Below are positions 32,341-45,700 of a stretch of DNA of 64,000 nt, in pieces (within the stretch, counting starts at the first letter, position 1; every line of letters begins with the position of its first letter). The DNA is from Macrostomum lignano (lineage: Eukaryota), in contig NIVC01001103.1 in assembly GCA_002269645.1 (NCBI GenBank), forward strand, positions 124,001-188,000, read 5' to 3'. The translations under genes were made by a program, and so were the position numbers. Under the pieces are notes generated by a model. That model was not told where the DNA came from. It saw nothing but the letters and a program-made list of their open reading frames with translations, and did no database searches.

Positions 32341-35300
32341 ACCCAAGCATGTTATTAACTAATCATATTAATTACCAGAATCGTCATGATAATAGTCATG
32401 TTGTTATCAATTTATAATAACATATATATAATGCAAACTATTAGAAGTTGCCACAGGCTGCAGGTTGGGGAACCCTGCTTTATATGGTATCTATGCTTTT
32501 TAGAGGTGTCAAAATTAGAGATTTTATTCGAGACGAGATTTGAGACAAGAAAGGCTTATAAGTTGAGAAATTTGAGACGAGACAAGACAAAGTAAATCTA
32601 AAAATATATATTTCAAAATTGTATCTTGTCTTGCTCTTGTCTTGTCTTATCTTGTCTTCAATTTCTTGACAAGATACAATTCTAAAATCCATTTTTTAGA
32701 TTTTTCAGAATACTTTCTTAATTCTAGTTTTAATTCTTTGCTATTTATTCATACGCATTTATGCTTGTAGGTAGCATATAGGCCCTACTATTACTAATTA
32801 TAATTAGACCTGCTAGGCCTATATATGATATTTATTTGGCCTATATATACATATTATATAATATTACATTAAGTTTATGTTAGTCTATAGATTATATAGT
32901 TTATTAACTAAGCCAAGGAAATTGCAACAAAGTAAAATATACAATATATAAAATTATTGGCTTAATATTACAAGGTAAACTAAAACTATTAATTTAAAAA
33001 ATGGTTTTGTTTTATTTCAATTTAATTTTTTCTTTACATAGACTCAATTTTCTTGATTCAATTTACTTTTATATTGCTTGCTGCATCAGTGGCATCAAAA
33101 TTTTAAACTCATGCCCCAAATGCACTTGTAGTAAAATCTTATAGATTATAGTCTGATAGTTATGCCCCAAAAGATTTCAGCTTATTAAATAATACTCACT
33201 TCATTTCCCATGCAGTTTTATAAAATAAAACATTATCATATGATTCACAAAAAATAAATAATAAAATATACTTGTCACATTTTATAATTCTAATAAAAAA
33301 CTATATAGTATTGTTTATAGATTTCAACTTTACCTTACTAAGTCTTAATAGCACTAGCATGCTTGCTGAGTATAGCTAGCTTGTATTGTATATACAAGAT
33401 ATAACAAATGCAAGCAATTAAATTGACAATATTTTTCTAAATTTAAAAAAATGCCAGTTTAACAAAATGAATACTGCTTTTATTAGGAATATTGAACATT
33501 TTGTAAAGTATTTATTATATTTGTTACAGGACTTCCTTTTTTATTATTATTTTGGCATCTTAAACTGAGGCACCAAAAAGCAATCTGGGGCACCAAAATG
33601 TAGGGCACTGAAAAGCACAGGCACCAAAATGCATGGAAAACCTCTAACATTCCCTAACCTCTATACTCTCAGTTTACCCTCCATATCCTCTTTACCCTTG
33701 ACTCTCCTTATATGCTCTATACCTTCCCTATATTCTATACCCTCCCTATATCCTCCTTATCATCTAAAACCCCTATGCCCTCTATATTTTCCATTAATCA
33801 TCTTTTCCTTTTCTTTGGCCCCTTACCTTTTCCTCTCCCTAGCCCATACCTTATCCTCCCTTTTAGCCCCCATCATCTTCTTTCCTTAGCCCCTCCCTTT
33901 TCTCTTCCTAGCCCCCATCCTTTTTTCCCTTCTAGCCTTATCTTCTCCCTCTCTCTCTTTACCCATCACTGTCTTTCTATTGCCTTCCCTTTCCCCTATA
34001 TCAATGCCTATTAGGTCATTGATAGTTCTGCATATTTAACTACCTTTGAGATTACCTAAATTTCCTAAACTCTGGAAAGCAAAGTGCAAAATGTACAAAT
34101 TAGATAACTTAAGAAATTTCTATTCTATTGTAAGTCTACATAGGGCAGCATTCTTTATATCTTTGTCACATCCCAGTTTTGCATCCTACTACCACTTTCA
34201 ATAGCTCTATTGCTTATTGCCTCTGACAGTTCAGAGGAGGGTAAATGCCTCAAGGTAAAATAGATAGTAAGGGCAAAAGGTATATATAGAAGAGAAAATA
34301 TAAAGAGTCAAGTTTGTAGAGGAGGCTATAGGAAGGTATATAAAAGGATAGGGAAGGACATACAAATAGTAGGAAAAAAGCCAGTATTATCATAGCTAAT
34401 AATAGGGAAGGTAGGCACTAGGGAGGGAAATATACAAGTAATGTAACAATGTCCATTGGGCAAAATACAAAACTTTTAAATTAAAACAGGCTATTTTTTT
34501 ATAAGTAGCCTAAAGCTTGTTTTTTAACTTGTATAGCTACATGTATATTGATCATTATAGCCTTATTTATTCTATGAAAACAACTGTTGCCTATATATAA
34601 ATGGGCTTTATTCTCAAACAAAAATGCAAGCAATATGTTTGTAGATAACTAAAAAAATAAAATATAGTTGGATTTACTTACCAAAATTATTTTTCAACCA
34701 AAACAAAATGCTACAAGTAATATATAGTGCAATTTAGGCTAGCATACAATTGTAATCACAGAAAGAAGGTAAGCACAAGACTTTTAAGCATTTATTTATA
34801 AAATGAAGCAAAATTCATTGCTATATATAAAGATATAGCAAAATCTACAAATTGAATCATATCAACATAATTTTAAGAGCAGTTCAGGTCTCAAGAATAA
34901 TTGTTCCTTCTTCAATTCCATTTATTTTACTTGAAAAAATGTAGAGATGACCTTAATATTTATATAAGATGCAGGAAGTGACCTATGTGCTAAAATAGAT
35001 TGGGGCTTGATTGGTGAGGCTTCTAGGCCATGAATGCATTAAACAAAAGAATAGCAGTATATAGACAAGCTTTATAGCAAATATAGTAAAGAGTAATACA
35101 ATATATAAAAACTTTGATTTCAACTTGCTACATAGATTCAAACATATTAGGCACTAGCATGTCAGTTTATATGCATATACTGTTTTATTCAATTAAGTTG
35201 TCCAACAAAGAACTATACATTGAATCATTTGAACTATTCCTTAAATTGTCTGAACTTAAATTTTGTCACATAACTGGTTTGTGTCACTTGGAGGATCACT

Positions 35301-36549
35301 CAGAAGTTTAACAATATCCTTTAAGATTTTTTCTACTTTATTTAAAGAGACTCAAATAGCATTCCAAACTAAGCCTTCAGTCCAAATGCTACAGTTAGTA
35401 GCTTGATTGTCTCAATTAGTCAGCTGTAAAAATTGTAGGACTCATGAAGAAACATACTCATCTCTTCTTGAAGTCACTTTACATATGCACTAGTCTCCAA
35501 AATTTGCTTTCATAGCAATCAAGATAAGTTTGTGCCAGCAGGGTCTATATCCAGTGAGGCATAAATCAGCAAGTCAGGGTTAGTGAAGCTTTGAACTGGC
35601 TGAGTCTGATAACATTCTAGCAAATGGCAAATCAATTGTTGCATTTTCAATAGAAGAGTGTCAAGATAGTACATGATTATGCAAAACTCCTTTTGCCCAT
35701 GTGAGCTATACAAACAGCAGATCTAGATCTAAGGTTTTGTTTTAAATAAAGTGCAGCTTGCTAATGCATTTAAGACAGTGCAGTGCCACTTGCAAATATG
35801 GCAGAATTCTAATTCCAGGAACCCACCCTTCAGGGACTACTCAATACTTCAGATAAGAAATGTCAAACTTGAAGGCCTATTTACCACTGACAAACTCACT
35901 GACTACAAGGTAAAACATATCTCAAAGTAATGCTTTTTAAGGACTAATTTATTAATAGATAAGCCTTCAAGTTTCGTCATTTCCTATCCTGAGTAGTCAC
36001 CCTTTTATAAACCAACTAATTATTTAAACATTGCTTTGGTATAGTTAAATCTTATACACTATCATAGGAGTAGAGTTGTAAGAATTTACTTCAATACAAA
36101 ACTTAGCAAACTTGTAAAAAGGTATACTTTCAAAGTGGAAGTTTTCAACAATGCACCAATTTAGCTTTGTGGATGGCTGTGTGCTTCTTATATAGTCAAA
36201 GTTGATCAAGAAGCCAGTCAGCTTTAAAAACAAAATGAGATAGGGGTAGATTCATTATTCAAAAAGAAACTAATTATATTATAAAAAGATTGATCAACAT
36301 AAGAATATAAAGTATATACTTTAAGCTAATAAAGTTATTATGTACACAATTAGAAAAGATGAACTGCATCCAAGTGCTTAATGATATATGACAAAAAAGG
36401 TTTGCCAATCTAATTGCATCTACTTAAACTAGGAAGCTGGGACTATAAGGCCATAATAAGGAGTTAATCTGCTTGCAGTGTTCACCATCTATCAATCCAC
36501 AGCCTTTCATAAGCCAAACTGAATTGACAAGCTAAAATTTAAGCAGTGG

Positions 36550-37230
36550 ATTTAAATACATACCATATTACTACATTAATACTTGAAATAAACAAGAAAA
36601 AAGGCAAAGATTCTCCTAAGAAAGGAAGCTTTAATTTGTGACAAGCCAATAGTAAACAGTGCTAATTGTGAACATTTTTTCTATTAGTCTTCTGCACTAG
36701 GAAAGTACCTATATAGGGTGTTTGACTTAAAGAAATTCTCTAATATGCCTATAGAGATAAAATGCATTGACTACTAGAATGATGCACTCCAATGATACTG
36801 TTAATATAGGTTGTCTACTGTCATTTCATCTTGCAGCCTACATTGTAGACATATGTCATGTTCTTCACTACTAGTTTGTTGCATAGGTAGTATTGAAGGC
36901 AAGATTCTATATAGATAAAATGCTCACTTTTTGTCAAAATGTTAGCACATTTACCAATATGATTTTAGCAATAGCTTATAACAAATAAGCCATCAAAAAG
37001 CACAAAACTTTGAGGCAATAGGAGAGCTTGGTATTGGCATAACTTTTGTTGAATGTTTCTTTAACTTAATAGACTTCATCTGCCTCTTCTACCAAAATGT
37101 TCACAAATGGATTAGGCAAAATTCTATTCAAAGGAACCATATCCTGAACTGAGGCTGAAAAGGTTGAAAGTTTTATCTATTGCCACATTTTTGGACCAAT
37201 TAATTGCCTGCCCTTGCATGGTCTATATTC
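36550..37230 (-). pseudogene. Highly decayed transposase, probably KDZ (Kyakuja-Dileera-Zisupton) class
   Basis: Manual translation gives, in order, VAIDKTFNL...CQYQA...FDGLFVISYC*NH...KSEHFIY...YVYNVGCK, matching the KDZ motif order DGNF, C..A, D..G...C.H, GE..Y, YD..C. Multiple stops. Confidence 0.4.
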
Positions 37231-38822
37231 TCAAATAAGGAAATAAAGGCCAAATTACCATTGAAAAAAAATGCTTATGGCCTTATTGCTAAGTTATTTT
37301 CAAAGGGAATTTTTGCTGATATAGTGCATTTTCTATATGGTAGCACCTGGTGTAAGCTATAGCCATAGGCCTTATATTATTTATAAAATAATAAGATAGG
37401 CCAAATAGTAATATTTAAGTCTGCATAATGTATCTTGGATTTTTCAACTTTAGGATGCTTGGGGGATACAGTATATAGATTTCAGTTGAATACATAATTA
37501 AATTTAGTTGAATTCATTGAATTCAGTTTTTAATGGTTTAATAAGTTGTCTTCATAGTAGTGATTCCAATAATGAATAAGTATAAAATACGAGTATAAGT
37601 ATAAGTAGGCATAGGTTGTTATGCCCTAGTATTTTTCCCCTTAAGTAAGCCTAAATATAGCCTATAGCTATATAGTTGTAGTTAAATGTAACTAGATAAT
37701 AATAGTAATTTGATAACTGAGCTATAGTATAATATTCTATAAAAATGTATCAATATATTAATATAATACTTGCATATCATGTATTGTCTTAGGACTTGGA
37801 ACCTTGGTTACCTTCGACTAAGACCTGCAGCTATAATAAGCATATAGTGGCAAGCAGATTGCACTAGATGGGATTGCAATGATCAACATCCAGTACACCT
37901 ACTGGAATCATTAGCTATAGCACCACTTCTATATCACAAAATTAGGCAAGAACAGTGTTGGGCACTATTAATGATAATCTTAACTTCCATTAATGGCAAA
38001 TGTGTTAGAATTAAAAAAGTCTTAACTTATTAATTCCTAAGTTTGCTATGTTAACTGATAATGATTAATATGCATTAATATATTAACATTAACACAGAAC
38101 ATAAAGGAGTTTTGCACTTTTTCACAACAACAAACTTCATAATGCACTGTCTTTGGCTTTCCATTTTCTCAGCTGACGCAGAAAGGTTTTCCAAGTGATT
38201 TACAATTTATTAAATAACAAATAGTAAGAAAAAGAAACTTCTTTATTTGAAAATGAAAGGTTAATTATTATTAAAATATGAACATGTAGGCTGTTTTAGT
38301 AGCACTAGCAGGTGCAACAGAAATTTATGGAAGATTGGTAATATATGGTAAAGAAATGAATGAAGTAATGGTTGTGTAAGCAATAATTAGTTCATATTTA
38401 AATAATGAATTTAGTTTATAAACCCAAACAGCTTAGGGTCTATATTTGAAATTTTATATCTTCTGACCCTCTGTAGACCTTTACAGTTTACAGTGTAAAT
38501 AAGCATAGGATAGAAATGGAAGTGTTGGCTCTGCAGTGTAGTATTTGCTATTCTTCCTTAGAATAAATGTCTATCTTTAATTTTTTAATATTGTTGAACA
38601 ACTAGAATAAGTGTCAGACGAATGTTTTATTATCTTGTCTTGATTGTCTTGGCAATTGGACAATAACCATTTATTTATAATCCTTCAATTCTGTAAGTCG
38701 GGTATCACTGAGAAAAACCTATTTGAGGGGGTAGCCCAGCTATGATTGTAGTGCTGCCATTAACACTTGTAAGTACATTATGCATTATGCATTGTTTTCC
38801 AGCTCTACTAGAAGCAACAGCA

Positions 38823-39146
38823 ATGGCCCAAAAAGCGGCAAGCAGCAGCAATTACATGAAACGGATGGCCTATCTGTCTGGCCGAATTTTTGTTGACTTC
38901 GCTCGGCCAACGTCTTCTCAGGATCGCAATGTAGCCAGGCGACTGATGGCGGAGCCGTGGGGCCGGCAGCGGGCCGGCTGGTACCCGCCGCTGGACAGCT
39001 TCAGCTCGATATTCCGCAGCCTGCGCTCTATGGGCGTGTTCAGGGACGAGTACCGGGACTTCCAGGAGGAGATGGACCGGCTTAGAAAACTGCGCGGCAA
39101 AGATTCTAAGCATACTCCGTATTTTAATCGGCAAAAGAAAGACTGA
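38823..39146 (+). CDS. mRpS33: Mitochondrial ribosomal protein S33 (mS33), intronless, 107 aa
   Basis: YMKRMAYLSGRIF..RPT...WYP...LRSMGVFRDEYRDFQEEMDRLRKLRGK aligns with MRPS33 family motifs. Confidence 0.9.
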   Translation: MAQKAASSSNYMKRMAYLSGRIFVDFARPTSSQDRNVARRLMAEPWGRQRAGWYPPLDSFSSIFRSLRSMGVFRDEYRDFQEEMDRLRKLRGKDSKHTPYFNRQKKD

Positions 39147-39766
39147 TTCGTTCATTCACCAGTTATGGTTATTACACATAATTTGAGTGAAGTTATTTGT
39201 ATAGATTTCATAGGCTCAATAAAAGTTCATTAGCTTTTGAGCATTTCAATCAGCAAGCATCAATATGTGTTGGACTTTCTTAATTATTTTTGTTACGAAT
39301 TCTCAGTTTAATTTGTCACTCTTTAGCTGCGTACTAACCGTGACCAACTCTGCTTAACTTGTAATAGGCTGGCTGCCGACGCGCAAAACTCCTTGGCCAC
39401 TCTCCCATTCCCCCCTGATACTTAACGAGCTGGGCAATTTCCATTAATTGAAATTCGTTTGAAATTGTTTCTAGTCTAAAAGTACGTATATCTGTACTTT
39501 AACCCACCAGTACTTAGTACGTAGTACAAGCATAGACACTGCCACAAATGATCATGTATGTAGAATTTATAAGAGATATTGTGATAGTGTTTCGTATTGC
39601 AAATGTTTCCGATCTTACAAAATATTGTATTTTAAGCTACTTACTAAGTAGTATAAAGCTTCGACTATTCTTTTTATAAAAAATTTCAGCCCACAATTTC
39701 ATCGCTGCTTTCTACACAGCTACTGACAGTAGTGCAGTTGATTTAAAATCTCGCGGTTGTGCTAGA

Positions 39767-42700
39767 ATGTTCTCCACAAACGCCAGCATCCCGGCCGGGG
39801 CTGGCGGCGGCGTCATGGACCACCTGTTCCCCGCCATTGTCCAGTGCTTCGTGGTCATCCTCACCGGCTACGCCGCCTGTCGCACCGGCCTACTGCCGGA
39901 GAGTCAAGCCAAAGGCCTTGGCCGTTTCGTTAGCACTTTTGCATTGCCGTCGCTTATATTTAGATTTATGGTTACAATAGATTTGTCAGGTGTTAGCTGG
40001 GCCTTTCTAGGCTCCATTCTGGCTACTAAAGTTCTGGTGTTCGCCTCTGTGGCGCTGTTCAGCTTCCTGCTGGCCTCCGAGCACCGGCTGGCGATTGCCG
40101 GCATACTGGGCATCTTCTGCACTCAGACTAACGATTTCGCGCTGGGCTATCCTATATGTGAGCTAATGGCCACACCTGTTGCTGGGCCACCGCCTCCCAG
40201 ATCCTCAGTTGCTGGACCAGCCTCCTAGATCTTCAACTGCTGGGCCACCCTCCCAGATCCTCAGTTGCTGGGCCAGCCTCTCACTTGCTGGGCCAACACC
40301 CCAGATCCTCAGTTGCTGGGCCAGCCTCTCAGATCCTCAGTTACTGGGCCAGCCTCTCAGATCTTCAGTTACTGGGCCAGCCTCTCAGATCCTCAGTTGC
40401 TGGGCCAGCCTCCCAGATCCTCAGTTGCTCGGCCAGACTCTCAGATCCTCAGCTGCTGGGCCAGCCTCCCAGATTCTCAGTTGCTGGGCCAGCCTCCGAG
40501 ATCCTCAGTTGCTGGGCCAGCCAGCCTCCTAGATCCTCAGTTGCTGGGCCAGCCTCCTAGATCCTCAGCTGCTGGGCCAGCCTCCCAGATCCTCAGCTGC
40601 TGGGCCAGCCTCCCAGATCCTCAGTTGCTGGGCCAGCCAGCCTCCTAGATCCTCAGTTGCTGGGCCAGCCTCCCAGATCCTCAGCTGCTGGGCCAGCCTC
40701 CCAGATCCTCAGTTGCTGGACCGGCCTCCCAGATCCTCAGCTGCTGGGCCAGCCTCCCAGATCCTCAGCTGCTGGGCCACCAACCTCACGAATTCCCAGC
40801 TGGAGCCACTATTCCAAAAATTAATCCCCATTTGTTCCTAAGAGAGCAGCCGCATAAAACACACGCTTCCGCGCCCATCCACTCTGCATTTCAGTGAACA
40901 TCCTGTTCCCGTCAATAACCCGCTACCTGTACCTGTTCGCTCCAATCTCATTCCTGATTATCAATCCAATTGGTTTCATAATGATCGAGATTGACCGGGC
41001 TCTGTCAGCGGCAAGTGCTGGAGCAGCAGCTGATGACCAGCTGTCCGGCTCTGAGCCCGGACAACTGGCAGCCAATAGCGATTGCGCTGCTGTTAAAGAG
41101 TCCAGCCAGCCAGAGACTAACAATCGGCAGCGCTGCTTAGATGTGCTAGGCGACATTGCCAAAGGCGTCCTACTCAACCCGTTAGTATTCATGTCCGCTC
41201 TTGGCGTCATATTCAATTTCATCTGCTCCAGACGCCTGCCAGAGATAGTGGACTCTGTGTTATCCATATTTGGCAATGCGTTCAGCGCTACAGCACTATT
41301 CTATTTGGGCGTTAATATGGTTGGAAAAACTGCCCAGCTGCGATCCGGGTCTCTGCTATTCGGACTAATGCTAATTCTCATTATTAAACTGCTTATAGCG
41401 CCATTTGTTATGAGAGAGTTAGTGCAGAGCTTCAGGCCTGGTGTCTATGCTAACGATACTCTGGCCTACTCAACCTTTGCCTTCCTCTATGGCGCCCTGC
41501 CACCGGCTCCAACTGTGTTCGTCTATACTGCCCAGTTCTCCATCGCTAGTCCGGCACCGGAACTAGTAGCTTCCGGCCTAGTCTCTAGTACATTCCTGTG
41601 CGCTCCGCTTATGTACATCTCGTCTCGGCTAATTCTGCTGCCGATTATGTCGCCAACAGACTATGAACAGTTTATTTGTCACACGTCAATCAATGTCAGC
41701 TTGGTTAGCTTGGCTTGTCAACTTGTCACTCTAGCTTATTTATTATTAAGTAGGCGAGCATTTCGGGTGCCTCATCTGTTCTTGCTCAGCCTGCTAGCTT
41801 GTCACTGTGTCACCTGTCTGGCCATGGTAGTGTCCCAGGCTTTACCGCAGGATCCTTCTCGTCATCAGCTTAATCTTCTACAATTTGTTGCCTTCTTCTT
41901 TGGCGTTGTTGGCACTAGAATTTGGACAGCCGTGCTAGCCGTATCCATGCTACTACTGCGAATGCGCGGACTGTGCTATGTACTGAAGTACAAGGCGTAC
42001 TTTTTCTTTACCGGATTTGGGTGAGTGCTATTTATTGTTACTTGTGGAATGTCGACTTAACTTCAGGCTGTTCTCGACTAAATGCAGCAGCTGGGGGTTG
42101 GTTTATGGCCCAGTCTCGGGGTTGGTTTATGGCCCAGTCTCGGGGTTGGTTTATGGCCCAGTCTCGGGGTTGGTTTATGGCCCAGTCTCGGGGTTGGTTT
42201 ATGGCCCAGTCTCGGGGTTGGTTTATGGCCCAGTCTTGGGGTTGGTTTATGGCCCAGTCTTGGGGTTGGTTTATGGCCCAGTCTCGGGGTTGGTTTATGG
42301 CCCAGTCTCGGGGTTGGTTTATGGCCCAGTCTCGGGGTTGGTTTATGGCCAATTCTTGGGGTTGGAGTTGGTTTATGGCCGAGTCTTGTGTTGGAGTTGT
42401 TTTATGGCCGAGTCTTTGGTTGGAGTTGGTTTATGGCCGAGTCTTGGGGTTGGAGTTGGTTTATGGCCGAGTCTTGGGGTTGGAGTTGGTTTATGGCCGA
42501 GTCTTGGGGTTGGAGTTGTTTTATGGCCGAGTCTTTGGGGTTGGAGTTGTTTTATGGCCGAGTCTTGGGGTTGGTTTATAGCCGAGTCTCGGATTAGTTT
42601 CTGGCCGAGTCTCGGGTCTCTGGTTGTTTTATGGCCGAGTCTAGAATTAGTTTATTGCCGAGTCTCGGGCTAGGTTTATGGTGGAAAAACACACGGAAAG

Positions 42701-45700
42701 CCTTAAGCTGACATTAAATCCCCATTTTATCATTAATCCCCGAGAGTGCAAGGAAGGAAGTCTGTCAGCGTTTCTAGTCGATTTTAGTTAAAAGTTTAAA
42801 TACATTATTCAGTTGCTACATGTAAATTATGGAGATTATTATCCAAATCCCCCGTTCCCAATCTTAAGGCTGACTACATTTCTGGCGGGCATCATGCTGA
42901 TTTCCACTACCAATGCTGGCCCCGTTAAGGATGTTGATCCTGCATTTCAGTTCGGCAAGCGACAGGTATCATGTGTACTTAATCATGCAGTTATTTAGCT
43001 TCTAATATGTTCTGTCCTTTATTTTATCAAATCATCTACCCCTTTTTTCTCTGCCTTCCTCTACAACCTTCACGTCCCTCTGTCTCTTTCTCTCCCCTCT
43101 ACCCCCTTCTCTCCCCTCTACCCCCTTCTCTCCCCTCTACCCCTTCTCTCCCCTCTACCCCCTTCTCTCCCCTCTACCCCCTTCTCTCCCCTCTACCCCC
43201 TTCTCTCCCCTCTACCCCCTTCTCTCCCCTCTACCCCCTTCTCTCCCATCTACCCCCTTCTCTCCCTCCCCTCTACCCCCTTCTCTCCCTCCTCTCTGCC
43301 CCTTTCTCTCCTCTCCCTCCCCTCTACACCTTTCCCCCTCTCCCTCCCCTCTACCCCTTTCCCCTCTCCCTCCCCTCTACCCCTTTCCCCCTCTCCCTCC
43401 CCTCTACCCCTTTCCCCCTCTCCCTTCCCTCTACCCCTTTCCCTCCTCTCCCTCCCCTCTACCCCTTTCCCTCCTCTCCCTCCCCTCTACCCTTTCCCCC
43501 TCTCCCTCCCCTCTACACATTTCCCCCCTCTCCCTCCCCTCTACACCTTTCCCTCCTCTCCCTCCCCTCTACACCTTTCTTTCCTCTCCCTCTCTTTTCC
43601 ACCCATATCTACGCTCGTTATCTCATTCTGGCCCTTACTTACCTCTAGCATTATAGTCATTCGCTCCCTCCACCCGCAACAACACAGTACATATTCACAA
43701 CAGCCGTGCTGGTGCCCTGCCTAGTCTGCACCGTGGCCTCCCTCGTGCTGCACCACCGGCTGAGCTACCAGCCAAGACCTGGCTACGAGAGCCTGCCAGC
43801 CTCCGACGAAGAGGCCGACGGTTTGCCGGCAGCGTCAACTGATAACTCATTTGGCGACGAGGACGCCGGCGAGGCTAGCGGCATCGGATCGCCGGATTTC
43901 TCTGTGCAGGTAGGCAGAGAGGCTTGGTGATGTTCTCTTTGCCCTGTATGCTCAATGCAGCTCTGGGTTTAGTGTCTGGCCTGGCAACACTAACGGGCGT
44001 CAATACTTTTAGTTTTGGTACGGGGCTTGTGCATTGGCTTGAAAATTGAGACCATCAATTGAGACCATTGAGGTTAAGCACCATCGGCAAAGGTTAGTAC
44101 GCATAATCAGCCCGAAGGCAGGCATCATGTTAGTTTTGCAGGGTAAGGTAGGGGGTCTGGGCGCTGCCGAAACTCAATGCAAAATTCGATCTGCAGCAAG
44201 GGTCTTGTGTTGGTTTATGGCCGAGTCTCGGGTTAGTTTATGTCCGAGTCTTGTCTTGGAGTTGGTTTATGGCCGAGTCTCGGGTTAGTTTATGTCCGAA
44301 TCTTGTCTTGGAGTTGGTTTATGGCCGAGTCTCGGGTTAGTTTATGTCCGAGTCTTGTCTTGGAGTTGGTTTATGGCCGAGTCTCGGGTTAGTTTATGTC
44401 CGAGTCTTGTCTTGGAGTTGGTTTATGGCCGAGTCTCGGGTTAGTTTATGTCCGAATCTTGTCTTGGAGTTGGTTTATGGCCGAGTCTCGGGTTAGTTTA
44501 TGTCCAAATCTTGTCTTGGAGTTGGTTTATGGCCGAGTCTTGGAGTTAGTTTATGTCCGAGTCTTGTCTTGGAGTTGGTTTATGGCCGAGTCTTGGAGTT
44601 AGTTTATGTCCGAGTCTTGTCTTGGAGTTGGTTTATGGCCGAGTCTCTGGTTAGTTTATGTCCGAATCTTGTCTTGGAGTTGGTTTATGGCCGAGTCTCG
44701 GGTTAGTTTATGTCCGAATCTTGTCTTGGAGTTGGTTTATGGCCGAGTCTCGGGTTAGTTTATGTCCGAGTCTTGTCTTGGAGTTGGTTTATGGCCGAGT
44801 CTCAGGTTAGTTTATGTCGGAGTCTTGTCTTGGAGTTGGTTTATGGCCGAGTCTCGGGTTAGTTTATGTCCGAATCTTGTCTTGGAGTTGGTTTATGGCC
44901 GAGTCTCGGGTTAGTTTATGTCCGAATCTTGTCTTGGAGTTGGTTTATGGCCGAGTCTCGGGTTAGTTTATGTCCGAGTCTTGTCTTGGAGTTGGTTTAT
45001 GGCCGAGTCTCGGGTTAGTTTATGTCCGAATCTTGTCTTGGAGTTGGTTTATGGCCGAGTCTTGGAGTTAGTTTATGTCCGAGTCTTGTCTTGGAGTTGG
45101 TTTATGGCCGAGTTTTGGGGGTTTGTTTATGCCCCACAGCCAGCTAGAAGGTAAGCAGTCATGTCCAGTCCGCCGACCCCTGAGCAAACATCAGGGTGTA
45201 CAACGGCCCTGACTCTCATCAACTCACACACTGCATCAGGAATCGAACCCTGGGTCATTGGCAAAGAGAGTCAAACGCGTTTAAAGGAAAATACATATCC
45301 AGATATTTTTACAATATAGGATCTCTATATTTATTTGCCTCATTCCGATTTATCTTTTTTAAAAATCAAATAATCAAGTTCTCAGACGCACCCGATGCGG
45401 CCATCGATTCGGACGAATATTCGGTAATTTTGTATACACCTGTATATGAATCTATTAATGATAGATTAGATTAATAAGTTGATGCTTGGTTATTGTGTTG
45501 GTTTGTGTTTTCATTTTTTGTAGCTGTTTTGTTTTGCTTTTTTATGGTTTGCACGAGTTTATTGCTAATTGTGTGCACTGTTACGGTATAAAGAGTGTTT
45601 TAATTGACTCCCATTCGGTACAATCAGCCTGATTTCAAGGCTATGCTGCATGCCTGAACACCTGGAAAATGGGCAGAAAACCAGGCGCACTTTAAGCGAC

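Noticed and set aside
33629-34450. Pro/Leu/Ser-rich ORFs at 33629-34014 (also 27693-28097, 43007-43648, 48975-49344)
   Set aside because: Low-complexity pyrimidine tracts; no recognisable domain or splice context.
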